In this document: piece after piece, positions 58,756-64,000 of the stretch
Layout: each line of letters begins with the position of its first letter
How positions within the stretch are numbered: the first letter of the stretch is position 1
Origin: Eledone cirrhosa
Lineage: Eukaryota
Direction: 5' to 3'
Length of the DNA stretch: 64,000 nucleotides
NCBI GenBank assembly: GCA_964016885.1
Contig: OZ024742.1
Location: forward strand, 32,922,001-32,986,000
Position numbers and translations under genes: made by a program
Notes under the pieces: generated by a model
What the model was told of the DNA's origin: nothing
What the model saw: only the letters and a program-made list of their open reading frames with translations
Databases searched by the model: none

Positions 58756-61700
58756 CTAGCAGAATAGCCCGGCGTCGCTCGGGATTCTAAACATAGATTG
58801 GCATGTTTGTATCATGAGTTATTGCCAACATAGAAGCTATTGCTTCGGTTTTTGTTATATGTATTTTCATTGTGTTCCTATTGAAGAACAAAGCGATATT
58901 AAAGAGAAAGTCATGTAAGGCATTGTAAGAAGGTAAAAGCAGCGAGATATATTGTTTCTAAATGTAAGAATATTAAAATGCATCATTTGGAAATATATAG
59001 AAATTTGTTACATGTTGCAATCTTCTCTTACGATACATTAAAATGCATCATTTGGAAATCTCTATAAATATGTTACATGTTACAATCTTCTCCTTTACGA
59101 CATTAACATTTGCTAAAAATCAGAGTTACATCTCAAAATGGATCAAAGCATTTTCCAAAAGATGTAAAATCTTATTGTAAAGCCGTCTGTGCTTTCGTGA
59201 AATAAATACGTTTGTTTATATTTTGTTTTTGTGAATGCAAAAATATCTGTACACGAATATACAATTATATATATATATATATTTTACAAACAACCACAAT
59301 GACAGAGGATGGAGACATCGTTATGCTAGCAGGAGACTTCAATGGTCATGTTGGACAGCTCCAGGATGGTTACACTGGGGTACATGGTGGGCACAGTTAC
59401 GGTTCAAGAAATGAAGAAGGAGTGAGACTTCTTGAATTTTGTGATGCAGGTACATTGACTATCTGCAACACAAACTTCCAGAAACCTGCCAATCACCTAA
59501 TAACCTACAAATCTGGTGAGCACATAAGCCAGATTGACTTCTTACTAGTTAGGCAGCGGGACAGGCAGATAGTGTCTAATACCAAGGCATACCCTGGGGA
59601 AGTATGTACCCCACAGCATAGGTTAGTTGTTAGTGATATCTCAGTAAGCAAGAGATGGAATGAGACATATAGGAAGGTGTGGAGAAGAAAGGTCTGGAAG
59701 CTAAAAGACCTTTCACTAAAATACAAATTTAGGAAAGCCCTTCAAGATGTATATGACGAAAAAGAAGACGATTTAGAGACGTATGACATAGATAATAACT
59801 GGAATTTCTTACAACTTGCTGCAGGCTACTGATGAAACTTGTGGCTGGAGCAGAGCTCCAACCAGACAGAGAGTGACCTGGTTGTGGAACAGCACAGTAG
59901 ATAAGGCTATTAGAGACAAAACACTAGCATGCAAGGCTTGGAAAAAGGGTGGGAGTAGGGAAGAATATACAGCCACTAAGAGAGAAGCTAGACATCAGGT
60001 GTACTTAGCACGCAGGGAGGCAGAGAGTAGGAGGTTTGCCAATGTTCTGCAATGGGAAGATCAGAGGCGTGCGGTGTTCCACATTGCAAGGCAGTGTGTC
60101 AATGCAAATCAGGATATTGTTGGAGATAAATGTGTCCGGGATGATGCCGGTGTACTTAGTGTCACGAATGATCAGAAAAAGGAGTCCTGGAAATGTCATT
60201 ATGAGAGACTGATGAATGTGGAGAACAAATGGGAGAGAGAGAAATTACCCTTGGTAGATCCGACAGAGGGACCAGCTATTGAGATTGACGAATATAGGGT
60301 CCAAGAGGCGATTAGGGAAATGAAAAATGGTAAGGCTGCCGGACCATCGGGAATAGTTGCTGAGATGCTGAAGGCATCAGGGGACGTAGGCACAAAACTG
60401 GTTGCACGCATCATCAATCAGGCTATATATGGTGGTGTCATACCCAAAGACTGGTGCAGTAGTATTCTCATAAATTGCTACAAAGGTAAAGGGGATGCTC
60501 TGGAGAGGAGCAATTATAGGGGTATAAAACTGATAGATCAGGTTATGAAAGTGGCAGAAAGGATTTTAGCACAACTAATTAGAGAAAGGGTCAAACTAGA
60601 TGAGATGCAGTTTGATTTTGTGCCTGGGAAGAGTACAACAGATGCCCTCTTCTTGGTGAGACAATTGCAAGAGAGGTTCTTAGAGAAGAATAAGCCACTA
60701 TACTTAGCCTTTGTTGACCTAGAGAAGGCCTTTGATAGGGTACCTCGATCTGTCATCTGGTGGTCCCTAAGGAAGCTAGGTGTTGAGGAATGGCTTGTGC
60801 GGACAGTGCAAACTTTGTACAGAGGTACTGTCAGTAAAGTGAGGGTAGGAATGGAGTTTAGTGAGGAATTCCAGATACAAGTAGGAGTACATCAGGGTTC
60901 GGTCCTCAGCCCGCTCTTGTTCATTCTAGTCCTCCAAGCCATACAGAGGAGTTTAAGACTGGCTGTCCATGGGAGCTTCTCTATGCTGACGATCTGGTTC
61001 TTATAGCAGAATCAGTAGAGGAGCTAGAGAATAAATTCTGGCTATGGAAACAGCAGTTGGAAGCAAGAGGACTGAGAGTGAACCTAGCTAAGACAAAAGT
61101 GTTGATGAGTAGAAAAGAGGACAAAACCCTGATTCCGTCAGAGAAATGGCCATATTCGATATGCAGAAAAGGAACTGGCATAAATTCTATAAAATGCACA
61201 CAATGCAGATCCTGGGTACACAAGAGATGTAGCGGGATAGCAGGCAAACTAACAGGTAGAGAGAAATATGTATGCAGTAGATGTACAGGGAAATTAGACA
61301 GTAGAAGTCGCATTGATAGACACATTTTTCAAATGCAGGAGGGCGCTATAGAGGTGGTGGATAGCTTCCGGTACCTAGGAGATCAGATTAGCATGGGAGG
61401 AGGGTGTTCCGAGGCCATAGTATCTAGAATAAGGACAGGTTGGAAGAAGTTTAGGGAGCTGCTTCCTCTGTTGATGAAGAAGGGTTTCTCCCTGCGTACG
61501 AAAGGCCGGTTGTATGATGCCTGTGTGAGGAGCACGATGCTGCATGGTAGTGAGTGAGACATGGGCAGCAACTGCAGAGGATATGCGACGGCTGGAGAGA
61601 AATGAGGCAAGCATGCTCCGTTGGATGTGCAGTGTAAATGTGCGTGAACGACCCAGCATTAATGTGTTGAGAGAGAAACTGTGTCTGAGAGGGATAGAAT

Positions 61701-62412
61701 GTAGTGTACGGGAGAGGAGACTGAGGTGGTATCGACATGTGATGCGCATGGAGGATGACCGATGGGTGAAGAAGTGCCAGGAAATCCCAGTTGAAGGAAG
61801 ACGTAGTAGAGGTAGACCACGAAAAACATGGGCGGAGGTGGTGAGAACAGACCTCAGATCATTGAAGCTCACGGTGGAGATGACGAAGGACCGTGACGAG
61901 TGGAGAGATGCTGTGCTGAATAAGACCCGTCCCACCCTTGCAAGCAGGGAAAAGCAGACGTAAAATGATGATGATGATGATGATGATATATATTAAAATA
62001 ATAGATTAAAGTTTAAGCAAAGAATCGCTGCTTTCACCCTTAACGGGATCTTCTGAAACTAAAAAAATCAATCTGTGAATGCAGAAGTAAATATTTCGAA
62101 AAACGTTGCAACCGAAGGAAAACAGGAAGATGATACTTTGGTTTGTGAAGACGTCATAATGTCGTAATGCAGACAGATATTATAAGGGTGCAACGTTGTA
62201 GCTATGTATCTATCTAAAAAGACAGACTAAGAATGAGAGATCGCTAAATGGCGCCTAATGCGGTCCCTAGGGCATTGAACATTAGAAATATTTTTTGCTT
62301 AAAACACTCACAGGACCATAAGTATTACATGTGTAAAGTTTGAAAAAACTCGGTTGGGTGGTTCTCGAGTTTTAGGGAGTCAGACAGACATTCTCTGTTT
62401 TAGATATATAGA
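58756..62412 (-). mobile_element. Non-autonomous Helitron interrupted by an RTE LINE
   Basis: Minus-strand 5' end A|TCtatatatctaaaacagagaatgtctgtctg; 3' hairpin cccgagcgacgccggg followed by ctattctgCTAG|T. That both ends belong to one element is inferred. Confidence 0.7.
59283..61987 (+). mobile_element. RTE LINE, 2.7 kb: partial APE endonuclease, RT, PHD-like insert, C-terminus, (GAT)n tail; three frameshifts
   Basis: LAGDFNGHVG, SQIDFLL, QHRLVV, NYRGIKL, FVDLEKAFDRVP, GVHQGSVLSP, LYADD, GRPRKTW. Frameshifts near 59815, 60945 and 61553. Confidence 0.95.
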
Positions 62413-62448
62413 TAAAAACACTTATTTTAAATGTATATATATATATAT

Positions 62449-62962
62449 CTAGGGCGTGTAAAATTCCTGAGATCCATGGACGAGTTCTCTCCAGCGGTCT
62501 CTGGATGTCGGTGAGCATCTCCAGCTAACCTCAGTTTCCTCTGTGCTACTTTTGAGCTGATTTTTGGGAGGCTTCCGTACAGCTCTGAGTTCTTCATCCT
62601 CTGTGTATACTGAGATTAAGACGAAGTATCTGGTAGAGAATATTAAGAAGCCAGAGAAGAATACTAATATAGGTGGGAAGCCGCTAGAATTGGTTGAGGA
62701 CTTCCTGTATCTGGGAGCAAAGATTGGGAATACAGAAGATAATGTGGTTGAGAGGAAGAACAAAGCCTGGGCGGTGTGCCACAGCTTGAGATCGGAGGTG
62801 GAAGTCGGACCTTCGTAAAGACCTGAAGATCCGTCTCTTTGTTGCTGTAGTAGAGTCTGCGCTGCTGTACGGGTCTGAGACTTGGACACTGACCAAGAAA
62901 CTCACTCAGATGGTGGATGGGTGCTACACGAGAATGCTGAGGATGGCTCTGAACATTTATCA
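62449..62962. mobile_element. RTE/RTE-X-type LINE fragment with an internal inversion
   Basis: Plus strand: LELVEDFLYLG, VESALLYGSETWTLTK...DGCYTRMLRMALNI. Minus strand 62449-62560: C-terminal ...RDRWRELV. TA flanks. Confidence 0.7.
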
Positions 62963-64000
62963 GTATATATAAATATATATATATAGTGGTAAAAAACCAG
63001 GAGGTTATATCCAAAGTTGGCAGACCACTCAGTCCAAAGGACGAGTTTAGTATAGAGTTAGTTCCACAACAAATTAGCAAACAATATTCAAGGACACATG
63101 TTTCAACACGTGTATGGCTGCATCTCACCGTAACCATACATGGGCTGAAAATCCCTCTGGTGAAACACGTGTCCATGAATATGTATTAAGTAGAGAAGAT
63201 TTTCTTGTGCAACCAATGCCCCTTCACACCTCATCCAATCCATGCCAGCATGGAAAGACGTGCACCTTCCACCCACATCTAAAAATAGGGCAACCCCCCT
63301 CTCCCCCACACAATATACTCCATGACCTTGTATCTGCTCTCCCATGGTCAGGTGACTCTCCTTCCCTTGGCAAGCAGAACGTAACATGTCTCCCCTCATC
63401 TCATTCCTACTCCCCGTCCGGCCAACAGACTAGCATTGTAATGAGGTAGTGTTGGTGCCACAATATAATGCACTCAGTTCACTCTCTAAGATGGTGACAA
63501 AAAAAGCATGCAGTCCAACCTACAAGATGGTAGTGCTGATATCCTGATAAAATGTTCCCAGTACAGGCAGTGAAGTTGTTAAGGACATCCAGCTGTAGAA
63601 ACCAAACCAAAAATGGAACATATGAAAAAAATGTGATCACATGATTGGTCTAACTTCAGAAGATAACAATCCATATAACCTATGTAAGCATGGAAAATAG
63701 ATGTTAAATGGTGATGGATGATGATGTTGATGATGATGCTAACGACGACGACGACGACGACGACGACATAGGTAGGTATATACATATGTGTATATGTATA
63801 TATGTGTATATGTATATATGTACATAGGTAGGTATATACATATGTGTATATGTAATGTAAATAAATGTCCCGATCACTTTAATCTTCCTGTTCTGTATAT
63901 TCCAGTTTCTTTTTTGTATTTTCTTAACAAATATATACTCCTGGTTACATGATAGCTAATGAGCACATTAATTAGTTAATGTGTCATAAAATATGTAACT

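Overview
AT-rich animal genomic DNA, not prokaryotic. The repeat landscape (long (TA)n arrays, RTE LINEs with (GAT)n tails, tRNA-derived SINEs) suggests a cephalopod, probably Octopus; this is an inference. Two spliced genes, largely missed by the ORF track, lie head-to-head about 4 kb apart. ANAPC15 is on the - strand (three secure coding exons at 11453-11575, 7531-7590 and 5522-5635, plus two candidate small 3' exons). An SLC37A4/G6PT-like sugar-phosphate exchanger is on the + strand (10 coding exons, 15642-51792, 433 aa, all GT-AG and in phase). The 20.4-kb last intron of SLC37A4 is a nest of elements embedded in (TA)n: RTE LINE 3' ends, a near-complete Penelope-like element (RT + GIY-YIG, probably Naiad type), an internally deleted RTE and an Hsmar2-like mariner. 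Elsewhere are a hAT-Charlie element with an 8-bp TSD, piggyBac- and mariner-type MITEs, a Helitron, and a CRE-like fragment bracketed by inverted repeats. The most striking hidden signal is a set of hammerhead-ribozyme motifs from about eight unrelated sequence families, folded by eye and ranging from canonical to degenerate. Several sit in short non-coding fold-back (palindromic) elements beside TA repeats, two of which carry a ribozyme on both strands. Some have non-canonical cores (CCGAAGA, CAGAAGA), and one is identical in two otherwise diverged Helitron-associated copies. The long Ile/Tyr ORFs are translation artefacts of (TA)n.
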